64,000 bases of DNA from Carcharhinus amblyrhynchos (taxonomy: Eukaryota). This document shows positions 13,006-25,431 of this stretch, in pieces. The translations under genes were made by a program, and so were the position numbers. The stretch covers positions 106,020,001 through 106,084,000 of the forward strand of contig OZ336873.1 of the NCBI GenBank assembly GCA_965287045.1. Direction: 5' to 3'. The notes below the pieces were generated by a model. The model was not told the DNA's origin, ran no database searches, and worked only from the letters and a program-made list of their open reading frames with translations. Positions within the stretch are counted from its first letter, which is position 1, and every line of letters starts with the position of its first letter.

Positions 13006-13489
13006 GAATGAACACTTTAATGTGGCAATGGGAAGTAGCCGTAGACACACAGTTCAAGGTGAGTCAGCACCTCAGGAAGGACAAATGTTTTAGTGGAGGA
13101 TAACGAATCCAGTTGATTTTGTGAAAATGACTGTTAGTCAAGTGAAGTGCACACCTTCAGAATTTCGAAATTTCAGTTGGACTGAGACAAAATCTAGGCT
13201 TGAATTTGGTTAGTAAAATATAAACACTGAAACATACAAGCACTTGAAGGTTGTGAATGAATAAAAATTCTGGAAGTGAGTATTTATAATGTCGGTGAGG
13301 GGTAGGTTTTTTTCAGCTGCTCAGCCTTAATTACGAAAACATATTTAATGAATAATTGGCTATTATTCCTCTATTGTCCAAGATGTTGAGACATGAATCT
13401 TCTGCCTATTTTTTGATCTGAACAAAAAGTAAAACTGCACCCTCTCAGCATCAGAATGACAAAGAAAGCTGACATGCAGCAGGGAAAAA

Positions 13490-13810
13490 GAAAGGAAGTC
13501 ATTGAATCACCTTAAAGCCAAAAACAATCGTGCTAATTACTTACAGCTTGTAATAAAACGAGGAGTTTAACAACCAAAGCATTTTCGGAGGCATTTTATG
13601 TTAAATCACCGCAGCAAGTTTTACCTTGATTTGTCAAATGATGATCAGTCACCGTGTAAAGTATTAACCGTAACAGTTTTCCTCATTTAAGGTGTGTTCA
13701 TTAAACCATTACATAATTATGTCGAGTTTATGGAATCCCAACAGAAAGAGGTCTATTAATGTAGCATGGATAATAAAATGGACAGCAGTCACACCTGCAC
13801 AGAAAATGGC
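13490..13810. promoter_or_regulatory. Candidate conserved non-coding element (enhancer)
   Basis: Non-repetitive, AT-rich, retains several CpGs, dense in TAAT/TTTATGG/AATAAA homeodomain-type words; conservation not testable here. Confidence 0.3.
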
Positions 13811-14885
13811 ATCATGTGGGAAGTAATACTAAACTTAATGATCTGTCATTCAGGCTTAGCTCTAACCTTGGAACGTGTATTTTTCTCTTTATGCCATATT
13901 AATAACCAAACTGAATTAACATAAAAATAAAAAATCTGGATTAGTTGGTGTTATGAGAAGAAGAGTATATAACCTTATGATTGAAGTCTAAATCTCCTTT
14001 ATAGAGAAGCTGAAATACATTTTTTGAAGATGATTAATATTTGTTACTGCAACAAAAACCCCGGTAGCTTTTCATTTCATAGGCATCTTACATCGCATCA
14101 TACTTTAAACTCAGAAATCTGATTCATCTTCCTCAATAAGTATATTTAAGCTGCCCTGTCCCTCTGTGACAATCTATTTGACAATTTCAAGTCAATTTCA
14201 GAAATTTGAAATCACCCAATGAGTGATTTTTCTGTGCTCATGTTGATTTAGAAGCAAAATGATCAGGGACAAAGAAACCACTGTGATGAATTGAATCCCT
14301 CAAAGTGCTCGATACAGCATTTGCTGTGTTAACTCCAGCATTTCCTGTATATTCAAAACAGTCATGTCATTTAGCAGACATCGTTGCAGAAACTCAAGAG
14401 GCTCAAAATGGACTTTTCCTCAGATTTAATTATATGTTTTAAACCCCTTTACCCTTGCTCAAGAATTGTTTTTCACCAGAAGCCCACCTAATTTTCTGGA
14501 CTTTATTTTGCGAAGGATGCGGCAATGAAGACTTGGGAAATGGATCTTATATCATGGCTCTGTAATCCATTCAAACGAGCAGATTCAATTAAATCTGTCT
14601 TAAGTAAGCTCTTTTTTATTTAAAAGCAGAGGTTAAGCTTTACATTAATTATGAGGGCTGTTTGTTGGTTGGACAGTAAAGTCCAATAATGGTCTTACTC
14701 TGTCTTTGTACTGTAGAACAGGTGCAATATCAATTGTCACCTCTAGCCATGCAGAAGCAAGAATGGCATTTCATGCCTCTAATGTCTGATCTTGAATAAT
14801 CATGGACACAATATGAAATCTCTTGCTGATTGTCTCAGTATTAGCACAGTGGCAACGTCGGTCCTTCCTCTGATCTCTGTAGGAA

Positions 14886-14998
14886 CAGAAATATCAACTC
14901 TATTTACTTTCTCCATAGACGCTGCCAAACCTGCTGACCTCTTCCAGCATTTTCTGTTTTTATTTCTGATTCCAGCATCAGCAGTATTTTGCTTTTAT
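14886..14998 (+). mobile_element. Penelope-like family P2 terminal repeat fragment
   Basis: gaaatatcaactctatttactttctccatagacgctgccaaacctgctgacctcttccagcattttctgtttttatttctgattccagcatcagcagtattttgcttttat. Confidence 0.75.
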
Positions 14999-15157
14999 GT
15001 TACCGTGCCATTGGCCAGAGAGCAAGCAAAGCAGAAATCGAAAGCAGTGCCTCTTAATGAAGCAGAGTTATCAAATCTAGTCTTTCTTCATCTTATATAC
15101 ACATAGGGCTACCACCACCACCACCCCCCCCCGCCCCGCCAACCAAAGCTTCGCAAA

Positions 15158-16735
15158 AACAACAACTTATATTTAAATAGCGCCTACAATGTGGCATAAT
15201 TTCTCCAGGTGCTCCATAGAAGTGTTATAAAGCAGAATTTGACACCAAGCTACATAAGGAGATATTAGCATTGGTGACCAAAAAGTTGGTCAAAGAGGTG
15301 GATTTGAATGAATGTCTTGAAAGAGGAAAGAGAGAAAGCGCAGTGGAAAGGTCTAGGAAGGAAATTTCAGAGTTTCTGACCTAGGAGGCTAAAGGTACAG
15401 CAAGCAATGGTAGACCAATTAAAATTGGGGGTGCTCAAAAGTCCAGAATTGGAGGAGTGCAGATATCTCAGAGGGTTGTAGGCTTGGAGGAGGTTACAGA
15501 GAATGGAAGGGCTGAGGGATGAAAGGATTTCAAAACATGATAGGAATTTTAACATCATGGCATTGCTTAACTGGCAATAAGTCAATGAGCACAGACTGAG
15601 AGCAAATGGAACTCAGTGTATGTAAGGACACAGGCAAGAAGCATTTTGAATGACCTCAAGTTCATGAAGGTTAGGAGGTGGCCAGGAGTGAATTGGAATA
15701 GAAAAAAAAGCAGGGATGAATATTTCAGCAGCAGAAGAACTGAGGCAGGCGTGAGTTGGGCAATGATATGGAGATGGAAATAGGTGGTCTTAGTATTGGC
15801 AAGAATATGTGATCAGAAGCTCTTCTCAGAGGCAAATATGTTACCAAAGTTACAAAGAGGCTCCCTCATCCTCAGGGATTTACCAAAGAAAGCAATAGTT
15901 TGATGGATAGTGAGCAGAGATTATGGTAGACAGCAAAGACAGTGGTTTTTGGCATTCCTAATATTTTGCAGGAGATATTTCTGTTCATCCAACATTGGAA
16001 TTTGAAGAAGTAGCATAAAAACATGGTGGAGGAATGACATTGGAGGAGTCGACTGAAGTGTTGGTGAGTTAGAACTGGATCCCTTTAGCATATGTGTGGA
16101 AACTAATACTGTGTTTTCAGATGATGTCACTGAGGGGCAGCAAGTAGTTGAGGAGAAGAAAAGATGAATGGAAAACTATTGGAAGGCATGGTGGCACAGT
16201 GGTTAGCACTGTTGCCTCACAGCGCCGGGGCCCGGGTTCGATTCCCGGCTTGGGTCACTACCTGTGTAGAATTTGCATATTCACTTGTGTCTGCGTGCGT
16301 TTCCTCCGGGTGCTCTGGTTTCCTCCCACAGTCCAAAGATGTGCGGGTTAGGTGGATTGGCCATGCTAAATTATCCCTTAATGTCAGGGGAACTAGCAAA
16401 GGTAAATGTATGGGATTCTGGGGATAGGACCTGCGTGGGATTGTGGTCGGTGAGGACTCAGTGGCTGAATGGCCTCCTGCACTGTAAGATTCTATGATCC
16501 TTAGGGACTCAATAGTGCAGGAGCAGGCCAAGAAAAATTGAAGGTTTTTTTTCCAGCTAAGGTTAGATGTGCAAGAGTGAATCAGGCAAACATATTCCCA
16601 AGGACAGGATGTGGGGGAGAATAGTTTGGTAAAATATATCAATGGTTGCAGATAGCTCAAGAAGACCAAGGAGAGATAACTCATGTTCTTCACAGTCATG
16701 TAGGATGTCAGTTCTGACTTTGAGAAACAATATCA
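15158..16735 (-). mobile_element. L2-type LINE, 3' portion (degenerate RT), interrupted by a SINE at 16181-16498
   Basis: Tail aacaacaacttatatttaaatagcgcc; minus-strand translation near 16160-16085 gives LLPLSDII*KHSISFHTYA (decayed YADD region). Confidence 0.75.
16181..16498 (+). mobile_element. HE1/V-SINE-like SINE, tail type A (CR1-derived)
   Basis: ggcatggtggcacagtggttagcactgttgcctcacagcgcc...ggttcgattccc; V-domain; tail gaatggcctcctgcactgtaagattctatga. Confidence 0.93.
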
Positions 16736-17462
16736 AGTCCATCGCCTGACTGGGTGCCCACTCTTAGACCTATAGGGACTATACTTGTTAGCATCATTAA
16801 TTGTGCAATGGTCAGAACATGCACAGTGGCCATCGGAAGGAGTCTGTATTGGGCATGTGCCTTGTTCATGGTGGGGCCTAACTTAAAAGGAGCTGGAGAG
16901 CTGCTAGAACGAAACACGTTCTTCAGGGACAGCTCATCAAATTTGGGGTGGGAGAACGATGGGAGCAGCCAAATCTGAAGGATTAACAGCAGGTCTTAAA
17001 TGTAAAGGATGAAAGCATCAGCGCTCAAAGGGTGCAGCAATTTACTGTGGCAAGGAAAAAAAAAATGCTGCACTTATAATAGCAAGGAAATTACATAGTG
17101 GATATCTCAAAAGTTCAAAGTGCAAAAGCAACTGCAGTAGAAGTGAACCTATTTCCTACAGAAACTAATAAACCTTTCATAGCATTCAATATGGCTGCCT
17201 TGCAATTTCAATTACCAATGGTGTGTGGAATCAAGGACTGGTGATAGTAATGAAGACGAAGGAAAATGCATTGGGAGAGTGGCATAAGTGCGACATTTGA
17301 CCCTGATTTGCTGTTATTCACAAGGTGCCTAGTTGTTTCTAATGGAAATTCCAGCCCCAAGGTCCTCCTGAAAATCAGAATCAGTCACCAACAGGGCATT
17401 TCCAGTTGCTTGCCTCCCTACCGCTGCCAGCGAGAATGGAGAATTTGGCAATTAATGTACTT

Positions 17463-17808
17463 GGCACAGTAGCACAGTGGTTAGCACTGCTGCTTCACAG
17501 CTCCAGGGACCTGGGTTCCATTGGCGTCTTGGGTCACTGTCTGTGTGGAGTTTGCACATTGTCCTCTTGTCTGCGTGGGTTTCCTCTGGGCACTCTGGTT
17601 TCTTCCCACAGTCCAAAGATGTGCGCGTTATGTTGATTGGCTATGCTAAAAAAAACTGCCCCTTAGTGTCCTGGGATGCATAGGATAGAGGGATTAGCAG
17701 GTAAAATATGTCGGGGTATGGGGGTAGGGCCTGGGTGGGATGGTGGTCTGTGCAGATCGATGGGCCAAATGGCCTCTTTCTGCACTATAGAGTTTCTATG
17801 ATTTCTAT
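17463..17808 (+). mobile_element. HE1/V-SINE-like SINE, tail type A
   Basis: tRNA-like head, V-domain, tail atggcctctttctgcactatagagtttctatgatttctat. Confidence 0.92.
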
Positions 17809-17930
17809 TTGTATCAAATTCTATTCACATTAAACAGGTTAATTTGTTTATTTAAAATGGACTAAGGGCATAGCTAAAGTAGCAGATGGAGGAATATCAG
17901 ACAGATGTCTAAATATTTTTGCATTACTAT

Positions 17931-18641
17931 TGTGTCTTTATTGTACAGTGAAACAATGGAGATGCAACAATGGACCATATTTTAACAAAGAAAATGGCAG
18001 ACTGTTCATTCTGGTGAGAAAAATGGCACTTTTCTCTCCATGGAAATAGGTTTCAGGCATTGTGTTTTTGTCCCATGCAGACAAGCAATATAAATTACTT
18101 TTCCTTCCCTAAAGATCTATACGTGGTGATCCTGAGTCTGTGCTCACTGTCCACAGGAATGATGGTGGGGGATCAAGATCTGGTGAAACCCAGAAGTCAT
18201 GAATCTTGCCGGCAAGGTTGTGACTTCTGATTTTTACTGTGCATCGCTAGCAATGCAATCAGGTTACCACCCATGGGTTTGCTGGCACTGATTGTTGAGA
18301 GGGGAGGAGGAAATGTGGTGAATGCTGGCTCTGATGGGGAGGAATTGGTCAGAGGATGTAGGTTGGGGGAGGAGGGAAGTTACTTTTTGGTCTGAAACCA
18401 AAAGATGAAATGTTGGAAAATCTCAGTAGGTCTGGCAGCATCTGTAAGGAGAGAAAAGAGCTGACATTTTGAGTCCAGATGACTCTTTGTCAAACTTTTT
18501 GTTTTTGTAAGAGAAAATCGACCTATTTCCATGGAGAGAAAAATGCCATTTTTCTCACCAGAATGAACAGTCTACCATTTTCTTTGTTAAAATATTGTCC
18601 ATTGTTGGAACTCCATTGTTTCAGTGTACAATAAAGATACA
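17931..18641. repeat. 121-bp inverted repeat (arms 17931-18051 and 18521-18641, 469-bp spacer)
   Basis: Hand alignment of arm 1 with the reverse complement of arm 2 gives 114/121 identical, no gaps. Confidence 0.95.
18391..18496 (-). mobile_element. Penelope-like family P2 terminal repeat with decayed hammerhead
   Basis: Reverse complement agt-ttgacaa-a-gagtc-atctg-gactc-aaaa-tgtc-agctcttttctctccttacagatgctgccagacc; stem II intact, core mutated. Confidence 0.75.
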
Positions 18642-20508
18642 CTAACGTGCTCAATATGCCTGCTGCAACAAAAGTAGGGACACAATGTCAAATCTTTGTC
18701 CACATCTGACCCTATATGAGCAGGCAACAGTTAGATTGTAATGGACAAGCTGAGTTGTATGTCTTTCACTCAGTCCCTATATGATACAGATATAGTATTG
18801 AGCCCATCTTTTCAACCTCTACAAAATACATACCAGAGAAATGATCCCAAGCGAGGATAAGAGCACACTTCTTGCACTGCATTATTTCAAGATTGTGATG
18901 TTGGCATGGGAACCATCAGTGTTATTTGGACATGTTTTCTTATTCCTTTTTAAAAATAACAGGATTTTCCACATGTAAAAATCCTCTTGAGAAACAAAAT
19001 TGCCGATAATATAGAATTGTTCTGCCTCTGATTCCATTCCTGCAAATGCTCTTTAAAATGCGAATAGATTCAATCGCTCCAATTTGAAATTTCTTCACCT
19101 ATTGAATGACTTCACTTTGTTTATCTTTGTAATTGTTTCAAATCACAACTGTGTGGATAATGCTTAAAATGCAAGTGGATCAATGTTCCTTAGATTAATA
19201 GCCCTTCCAAACGTCAACAGATTTTAGGCTTAGAAAAACAAATCACAAATAAGACACTGATATTTCAAATGCATCCCATAGCTACAGCTAACATTATCCG
19301 AATATAATTCAGATTGTTGAGTATTTGATTTTTCTACCTATCTCTGTCCCAATGGTGCCACCTATTTCAAAATAACACTATTTATCATATATTCCAGTTG
19401 TCTTTCGATGGTTCCACTGCTTAAGCCAAGTGCTGTTTACAAGGTTTTTTTCAATCACTAGTAATATAATTTTAGAAGGGGGAATAAATCTTTGTAAGGA
19501 TTTGGCATGCTTGTAAGAGCCTGGTTCATTTATACAAATGGATGGTAATTTCCTGTTCAACAAAAGGGTATTGTGGGAAAAAAAAACAGGAATTAGATCA
19601 AAATCTACTCAAAATCTCTTTTTTCATTGAAGGTTCTTTTATACATTTTCATCAAAGGACATTTTTTATATTGATCCCCTGGGATTTCAACAATTCTAGG
19701 TTGAGAGACCTGAACCTGAGCATATTGTGTAGCTGTCCAAACCACAGATCGATGCCCAATAAATGTCTTTCTATTAAATGAGGAGACACTGGAAAGGTCC
19801 AAATCATCTTACGTTTTTCACTGATTCTATTCCTTTGTGTTCACTGCATACGTTCAGTTCATTATTACTCAGATTTAATAATTCATGCTCCTTATTGGCT
19901 GCTGTTAGAAGTGCTTTGTGACATTAAGTTGCAATTAAGAAGGTATTACCAACTGATGTGTTGCTTAGAATTTTTCAATCCAGCTGAGGATATCCAAATA
20001 TTTTGACATATGAGAATGTACCGATATCAGAGAATATTTGACAACCAGATTGTTTACTGACCAAGATTGAGCTTTATGTGAGTAGATGACTTTTGGAGGT
20101 TTAAAATAATCTTCCTGTTTATTTAATGTCATAAAGAAATCACATTCTGGACTAACCTTTGAGTGCTGAAAGGCGTTTTAAGCTTTTAAGACCTGAACAT
20201 CATCTTCTGTTATATGTCAGCGAAGTAAAGTTTCTGTAAACTTCCTAAGCTGAGCATTGCAAGATCAAATTAAAGACTGGTAAAAGAAAAGGATCAAAAG
20301 GCTGTTCTGTCTCCTCGGGGGCCTGTGTCCAAATCCAACCCAAATACATAGAACATTAATTGTGGCTAAATTTGCAATTTTACTGCGATGTGAAATGGAA
20401 ACGTCAACCCAATTCAGCAAAATGTTACCCTGTAAATGGTGCAAATCTGAGCTGATATAGGATGGATCCACATCCATCTGATCAATGCCATACCTTTTAA
20501 TTCACTGC

Positions 20509-20826
20509 CTGTTCTGAAAACACTAACTCATGGTGGGCACATTCCCAAAACGTCATGATAGGGACAATCCCAGAGTGCACCTACTCACAGTGGGGACTGT
20601 TCCAGAATACATTAACTTGTGGTGGGGGCTGTTCTAGAACATGCTAATTCATGGTGGGGACATTTCCAGAACACAACTCACACTGGGGACATTTCCAGAA
20701 CACAACTCATGACAGCGACAGTTCCAGCATACATTAACTCATGATGGGGAAAATTTTGGAACAGAGACTCATGGTGGGGACAGTTCTAGATCGGACTAAC
20801 TCATCTCGAGGACAGTTCTAGAACAC
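20509..20826. repeat. Degenerate minisatellite, about 10.5 copies of a mostly 29-32 bp unit (acagttccagaacacactaactcatggtgggg)
   Basis: Recurrent gggac(a/t)(g/t)ttc(c/t)agaa...actcatg units directly visible. Confidence 0.85.
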
Positions 20827-21276
20827 ATGTTGGGCATGGCTCCTCTGCTGCTGAATAACAGTTGGGATCTTACCCAAATAATCTCTGTTCAAATACTGGA
20901 TCTGGACAGTAATCGTGGGCAGGATTCTTCTTACTTATTCTTACAACAGAGATTGGGATTGGGAATGGGAAAATAATGATTTTGATTTTCCACGCACTAA
21001 AGCCATTTGTAGAATATTTACTGCCAATGCAGCTGAGATTGATTAACAAAGCAATGATTTAAACTTCACATTTCCCTATCTTTAGGGCTCGGGACAATCG
21101 CAGATAGACTGTTTGTTCACTGAGGCATTAGGGGAGTTGCTAACTCATGTTTGATGTTTACATTGAGCTGAGAACCTTCTATTCCCAAAGAATTATTCCT
21201 CACCCTTGAGCAGCAGAAAATAAATTAGCAGAGTGTAAAAGCACTTGAAACTTTAAAACTGAGTATTGTTTGACTT

Positions 21277-21356
21277 AAAAATTGCTACATTATTAACAGT
21301 GTAAAATGTCATATAAAAATATGACACTTTACACTGTTGATAAAGTAGCACTTTTT
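21277..21356. repeat. Fold-back hairpin, 38-bp arms with 4-nt loop
   Basis: aaaaattgctacattattaacagtgtaaaatgtcatat / aaaa / atatgacactttacactgttgataaagtagcacttttt; 34/38 complementary. Confidence 0.9.
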
Positions 21357-22148
21357 GACATATTTTCCTGGTAGTGGGAGCTACCGATGTAAACGAGTCA
21401 AACTGCAATTACATCCTCTTACCAACAGAGACACCACAGTGGCATCACAGCTGGAGGATGTATTGACTGAGCAGAAATTTTACATAAGCAAGTTCCATTC
21501 TAAATATGGGCATCAGCGCTTGCAATAAACATACTTAAGGAAGGAGAGAACTTGCACATTTGAAATGGAGACTGAAGATGGATTGATCTCCCTGATTTAA
21601 TCTTTATCATTGAACCTTGCTTTACCTGATATCTCTACTTGGTTATGGACCAGTAGACATAATATATAAATTTCTAGTCTCATCCTATAAGAATAAATTC
21701 TGTATTGCTGATATTTCTTGATCAAGTTCTAAGAAGGTTTGTCACGTGAAATGCCGAATCTACAAGGCTGTGGTGTGGGAGCTGGAGAGTTGGATAATCT
21801 TGCACAATATTTTATCAGTCAACATGGGTACAATGGAATCTTTCTGTGGTTCTGTATAATTGCCCTTCCTCCAGCCCAAATTGTATAAAAAATAGCACAA
21901 AGAACAAATTGCACCCCTTTGCAAACCAATTTGCAGTTTTGCGTCAACATCAAACCCAAGCATTATTCTGCCCATAGTTTGATTTCAGTAACAAAATGTT
22001 ACTGCCATACACCTCAAGGGATTTCTATCTTATCATAGCTCACAAAGTCTGTGTTATCTTGTGACATATGATGCTTGACATATATGTGACATGGGTAAGG
22101 ATGATTAGAGTTCATAAAGGTATTTTTTTTTCTCTCGTGTCATATTTT

Positions 22149-22455
22149 CATAGAATCACTACAGTACAGAAGGAGGCTATTTGGCCAATTGAGTCTGTAC
22201 TGATCACAATCCCATCCAGGCCCTATTCCCATAACCCTCATTTACCCTGCTAATCCCCCTGACACTAGGGTCAATTTCGCATGGCCAATCGACCTAACCT
22301 GCACAGCCTGGGCCTGTGGGAGGAAACCAGAGTACCCGGAAGAAACCCATGCAGACACGGAGAAAAAGTGCAAATTCCACAAAAACTCCTGAGGCTAGAA
22401 TTGAACCTGGGTTCCTGGCACTGTGAGGCAGTAGTGCTAACTACAGTGCCACCAT
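22149..22455 (-). mobile_element. HE1/V-SINE-like SINE, tail type A
   Basis: catagaatcactacagtacagaaggaggctatttggcc...ctgtgaggcagtagtgctaactacagtgccacca. Confidence 0.92.
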
Positions 22456-22763
22456 ACATTGAAGATGGATGATTCACCAAACAAAATGCTAGCTTTATCC
22501 ATCGTGCTGATTCATAAAACATAAACTGCAACTCTTAGAATTTTCTGATTTTGTTTCAGATCACTCAGCTATTTTGCTGATTGCAGAACCGGTCAAATGA
22601 TGCTGCATTTCAATGCAGTTCAACAAGGAACCACCTATTGTTCTCCAGTTCTATTTAACTACCATCTTCAACAAGCATCAATATGCAATATAATTATTGC
22701 ACTGTCTCTGATTTTTTCCTGTAATGCATTGCAGTAAATTGTTTGTGTGGGGTATATCTTACT

Positions 22764-22890
22764 TTAAAGTTTATTTATTAGTCACAAGTATGGCTTACAT
22801 TAACACTGCAATGAAGTTGCTGTGAAATTCTTCTCGTCGTCACACTCCAGCGCCTGTTTGGGTCAACGTGCTTAACCAGACTGTGGGAAG
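22764..22890 (-). mobile_element. HE1/V-SINE-like SINE, tail type B fragment
   Basis: aaagtttatttattagtcacaagtatggcttacattaacactgcaatgaagttgctgtgaaa is the reverse complement of the tail at 42900-42968. Confidence 0.8.
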
Positions 22891-23984
22891 AATCGCAATC
22901 TGAGGTGCTGTGAGGAATGTGGTAAATATTCCCATAATCATCACCCTATGCAAGAATGTTAATTCAGAGGTGCAGCAGTGACAATTTATTTTTCATTACT
23001 CTGACTGTACAAAGAGTTCCTGCAGATTATTATGTTTTCTCATTACAATAAGAACTTTATCCATTATATAATTAAGCGTGTAAGCAGTGAGGAAGTAGGA
23101 AGATGGCTCTGTGTCACCTGAGATCCTTTTTTAGTCATGCAGACATATTAATTAAATTTATTTTTCTTTCAAAGACCTCCTTCTTGATATTATTTGAACT
23201 TGCAGCGATGTTTTGACTGATTTTGTGAGTCCATGTGTGATACTTGAGGTCGCTTTATTAGAACAGCTTGAATTGATTCATGTTTAATTATGGCACAGAA
23301 CATTGTTTAATCAGCATCTTCTCCAACTTAATATATGCCTGCAGGAGAATTTTTACCTGATCCACCAATGAACCAGTGGCTGAGTAGCTAAATACCCAGA
23401 GTGACATACCACCTGCTTCATTCCAATCCTGGCTTTTAACTTGTTCCTCTGGGCAGGCAACAAAGAGCAGTGAGGGTCTTCCTTTAAAGATGCAGATTAG
23501 ATGCGGTGATGCCCCCAAGCCCTAATTGAAGCAAACTGGGAGACAACTGAGACATGACGAAAGTTTGCAAAGGAATATTTTACTTTCTAATTTGGAGCCG
23601 AGAAGAGCGGGACAAACCAACTTTAGGCCTTCTCTGACTCATACTCACCCATGCCCTCATGCAAAACCTACTTCCCAAAATTTATTTACATGTTGGCAGG
23701 TAATCATGAGCTGTCCAGTTGAGATGAGGCACTTCCTACCTGACCAATGACACCAGAATCAAGTCAAAATTATTTTGCAGGAAAACTACATAGCATTGAA
23801 TTAATCCCTTAGTTTCAAATAGAATGCCCCATAACCAATAAGATGCTTTGAAATCAAAGATACATGTTATATCATGGAATATCCAGTATTCATCTGAACA
23901 GCGGTTTATATAGCATTACACTCCAGGGATTGGATGTGAAAGATACCGACAATATAACACAGCCAAATCTTAGCTGTATGATAT

Positions 23985-24186
23985 GGTGTGGAGGTGCCGG
24001 TATTGGATTGGGGTAAACACAGTAAGAAGTCTCACAACACCAGGTTAAAGTCCAACAGGTTTATTTCATAGCAAAAGCCACTAGCTTTCAGAGCGCTGAT
24101 GAAGGGGCAGTGCTCTGAAAACTAGTGGCTTTTGCTGCCAAATAAACCTGTTGAAATTTAACCTGGTGTTGTGAGACTTCTTGTTG
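23985..24186. mobile_element. Penelope-like family P1 fold-back mini-element with hammerhead motif and 10-bp TSD
   Basis: Arms aagaagtctcacaacaccagg...agctttcagagc and gctctgaaaactagtggc...gtgagacttctt; ctgatga at 24096-24102, gaaa at 24117-24120; TSD tgtatgatat at 23975-23984 and 24187-24196. Confidence 0.85.
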
Positions 24187-25431
24187 TGTATGATATAATC
24201 TAGATTTCCTAATAAAATACAACAGAAGATTATTGTGAAAAAAATTGTGTCCTTAAAATCATGGAAAGTGAATAAAGAGCTATTAGTTTCCACAAATAAT
24301 AGCTTGCATAAATTAAAACTGAGGTCATTGATTCAGATGAAAGACGCTTGACTTTTATAAAAGGCTCCACCCTGCAAATATTTGACCACAATGACACATT
24401 CCAACTGAAACAACTGGGATGCGGTACAAATATTGACAGCATAACAATAGCATGCTGTTGAAGTCCAAGGGATGCCAGTGGAGAGTTGGCAATTGTGCCA
24501 TGGATGTCTATGCGAGTCACATCCATGGTAAAATTGAGGCTCTGTATCCGAAGATGAAATCTCTGCCAATGAACTAAATGCAATGGATTCATCTCTTGGA
24601 TCAGATTCTGTTTATTAACTACTTGGCATCATGAATCCCATTATATAGTCATTGCCTTTTAATTCCCTCCCTAATGGATAGAGTGCATTCAGCCACACAC
24701 ACTTGTCACTGGTGGATCATCCACCTAGAGATGGTTGGGAGTTACAGACTTTATTCTCTTTTATTCTATTTACAGTTAATTTGGAGGAAAAAAGTGATTA
24801 ATTTTTAAATAGTTTTCTGTGATCTAGCTCTTGGAACTTCAACCATATCAACAATCCGGGGGAAATAAATCCCAAAACATGAATCATTTTGCATAAGAAA
24901 TTCTAGTCAAAACACATGATTGTGTCATAGCACCTATATTTTGGGTTTACAAGGGCAAATTTGGCTTCAAAATGGTGGCCACAGTACAAACATATATTTC
25001 TGGTGCTGGCCACTCTGGATGTGATTGTGGTAAAGGCATTAACACAAATACAGGGAGTGTACATTCAAAGTATGCAGCACAGGTAGATTGTGGGATCCAT
25101 AAGCATGTAACACTGATTTGAAGCCAGTGCGACTGTTTTAGACCTGAATGCTCCAGCTGAAGCCTCAATAGCCGAATGTGTGTCCAGCCGCAGGAAATAC
25201 CCCCATCCCCATCACTACCACCTATTCAAGGGATTCACCAACAACTTTCATGTTAGTAGCTGATTAATCTCCGCTGCTGCTACTAAAGTGGTAGGAGTGC
25301 CTATATGTTTGCATTGCTGGTTAAAGTTGCTGAAATCGACACCAAGCTACGTGACCCATGGTGAATGCCTAAGTTCTGACTTCTGGGGGTGGGGAGGACT
25401 TTCCTGTCCTGCCTGCCACGAAAATCAAGTA

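Noticed and set aside
16181-16250. tRNA genes at SINE heads
   Set aside because: A and B boxes are present but run directly into the SINE body in all copies; these are SINE heads, not tRNA genes
19378-19802. Cluster of short ORFs as an endogenous viral element
   Set aside because: No viral hallmark motif recognised in any frame
20509-20826. CRISPR-like array
   Set aside because: Units are contiguous and degenerate with no unique spacers, no cas genes are present, and the context is vertebrate; it is a minisatellite
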